Source: Pseudoxanthomonas sp.
GTDB taxonomy: Bacteria > Pseudomonadota > Gammaproteobacteria > Xanthomonadales > Xanthomonadaceae
DNA length: 36,973 nucleotides
Reading direction: 5' to 3'
NCBI GenBank assembly: GCA_039927795.1
Contig: JBDSUI010000100.1
Span: 1 to 36,973 of the forward strand
A model generated the notes under the pieces. It ran no database searches. It saw only the letters and a program-made list of their open reading frames with translations, and was not told the DNA's origin. Below, in pieces: positions 35,701 to 36,973 of this stretch. The number at the start of each line of letters is the position of its first letter. The stretch's first letter is position 1. The translations under genes and the position numbers were made by a program.

Positions 35701-35751
35701 TCGATCACCGGCACCTGTGTAGTCAGGCGCAAGTAGCGCGCCGGTGATCGA
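35701..35751. terminator. 12-bp perfect inverted repeat between convergent genes; possible bidirectional terminator or stability hairpin
   Basis: TCGATCACCGGC/GCCGGTGATCGA with inner CCTG/CAGG hairpin; no U-tract. Confidence 0.45.
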
Positions 35752-35763
35752 GCGCAGTTCGCT

Positions 35764-36582
35764 TCAGGGCTTCACGGTCTCCGACTCGACCACCATGTCC
35801 AGTTCGTAAGCCAGTGAACTGCCATCGGCAGGCGGGTTCTTGACCGCGTAACGCTTTACCCGCAACACATTGCGGGTACCCGCTTCATGCTGATAACCCT
35901 CGATGGCGGAGTAAAAATTTGCGAACACGCCGTCGCCGCCGCTTTTGCGGCCCTGCTCGTCGTACTTGAGTTCGCGTACCTGCAGGCATTGCTGGTCCGG
36001 GATCAGGGGATGGCTGCAGGCCCGGGTCTGCGGCGCCACTTCCAGGAATGCGGTTTCACCCTTTCCGCCGTAGCGGGTTTCGGCCGTCGGCTGGCCCTGG
36101 AAGGTGAGCACGTCGCCGCTGGCGGTGGTCAAGGTCAGCGTGTCATCACTTTGCACAAAGCGGGTAGCGCCTTGCAGGCGCTTGCCGGCTTCCTGGTCCA
36201 GTGTCATCAGCTTGGCATCGGCGCAGGCCATCAGCGTTGAGGCCACTTGCTCGAACGTCATCCGGTCGCCCTGCACCGCGTACCCACCGCTCATGAGATT
36301 GCAGGTATTGCTGACGTTGACACGGCCGTCGACGAAATCGAGTTGCAGCGGTTTGTCCGCATTGACGAACAGCGCGTCGATGCGCTGCCCCTGTGCATCC
36401 TTTGCGTCGCGCAGTTGCCAGTGGTACGCGGTCAAGACCGAGGCAGCGGCGGCGGTTGCAGGCACGTCAGCAGCATCGGCCACCGAAGCAGTAACGGCAG
36501 AGGCAGCCGCCGGTTCGCCTTGCGACGTTTTGGCGCAGGCCGCCAAGGCAACGCAGAGTGCGAGGACAAGCGTACGTTTCAT
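35764..36582 (-). CDS. Lipoprotein with META (HslJ-like) and DUF4377 domains
   Basis: Lipobox LAAC, AGGAG RBS, META motifs CN..SGGY and STLMAC, DUF4377-like CLQVRE...IEGY...ADGSS...LDMVVE. Confidence 0.9.
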   Translation of the reverse strand: MKRTLVLALCVALAACAKTSQGEPAAASAVTASVADAADVPATAAAASVLTAYHWQLRDAKDAQGQRIDALFVNADKPLQLDFVDGRVNVSNTCNLMSGGYAVQGDRMTFEQVASTLMACADAKLMTLDQEAGKRLQGATRFVQSDDTLTLTTASGDVLTFQGQPTAETRYGGKGETAFLEVAPQTRACSHPLIPDQQCLQVRELKYDEQGRKSGGDGVFANFYSAIEGYQHEAGTRNVLRVKRYAVKNPPADGSSLAYELDMVVESETVKP

Positions 36583-36670
36583 TCAATACTCCTGGAAGCG
36601 GGCTATTACAAACGAGTCAATGCCGAAGCTGGCATGGCTGCGGCAAGTATGATCGGAATGGAAAGGCCGC

Positions 36671-36973
36671 TCAGCTACCCGCGGGCACCAGCAGCAACAA
36701 GGCCACGCCCAACACCACGCGGTAGACCGCGAAAGCAGTAAAGCGATGGCTCTGGATATAGTTCAACAGCCATTTCACCGCGATGAAGGCGGTGATCGCC
36801 GAGGCGACAAAGGCCACCGAGAACGCCGCCCAGTCTTCATTTGCTGCCTGGCCTGACTTCACCACGTCCATCAGCTCGTAGGCCGTGGCTGCGAACATGG
36901 TCGGAATGCCAACCAGGAACGCAAACTCCGTAGCCGCTGCACGATTGGTGGTGCCTGCCAGCAGCGCCACGAA
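36671..36973 (-). CDS. uppP: Undecaprenyl-diphosphate phosphatase, 3' part (5' end outside window)
   Basis: RAAATEFAFLVGIPTM, AVKWLLNYI, FTAFAVYR, typical of the BacA C-terminus. Confidence 0.9.
   Translation of the reverse strand, partial: FVALLAGTTNRAAATEFAFLVGIPTMFAATAYELMDVVKSGQAANEDWAAFSVAFVASAITAFIAVKWLLNYIQSHRFTAFAVYRVVLGVALLLLVPAGS

Overview
GC-rich chromosomal window. Gene content and the heptamer repeats suggest a Xanthomonadaceae (Pseudoxanthomonas/Stenotrophomonas-like) origin, which is an inference. It holds about 29 well-supported protein genes; I recognised no rRNA, tRNA, CRISPR array, transposase or phage gene. The most notable part is a compact ergothioneine-type cluster at 1.9-7.7 kb: a betaine-type ABC importer (ATPase plus a fused binding protein-permease), a divergent EgtE-like PLP C-S lyase, a type II (cysteine-using) EgtB, and an EgtD with two changed substrate-pocket residues. 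All three of its transcription units look leaderless. Downstream are a NYN-LOTUS protein, a CHASE3 kinase/Rcp1-like receiver/hybrid kinase trio, a DUF938 methyltransferase, an M61 peptidase, a glycine-zipper protein with a duplicated domain, a lytic transglycosylase, a fused indolepyruvate:ferredoxin oxidoreductase, GGT and a Ycf46-like AAA ATPase. The window ends with a ParA-SixA-YceI-PLD-thioesterase-PlsC-YheT-TPR-YbhB run, a META/DUF4377 lipoprotein and the 3' end of uppP. Intergenic regions carry inverted heptamer arrays, REP-like palindromes and strong hairpins. All family calls come from motifs recognised by eye; no database search was run.
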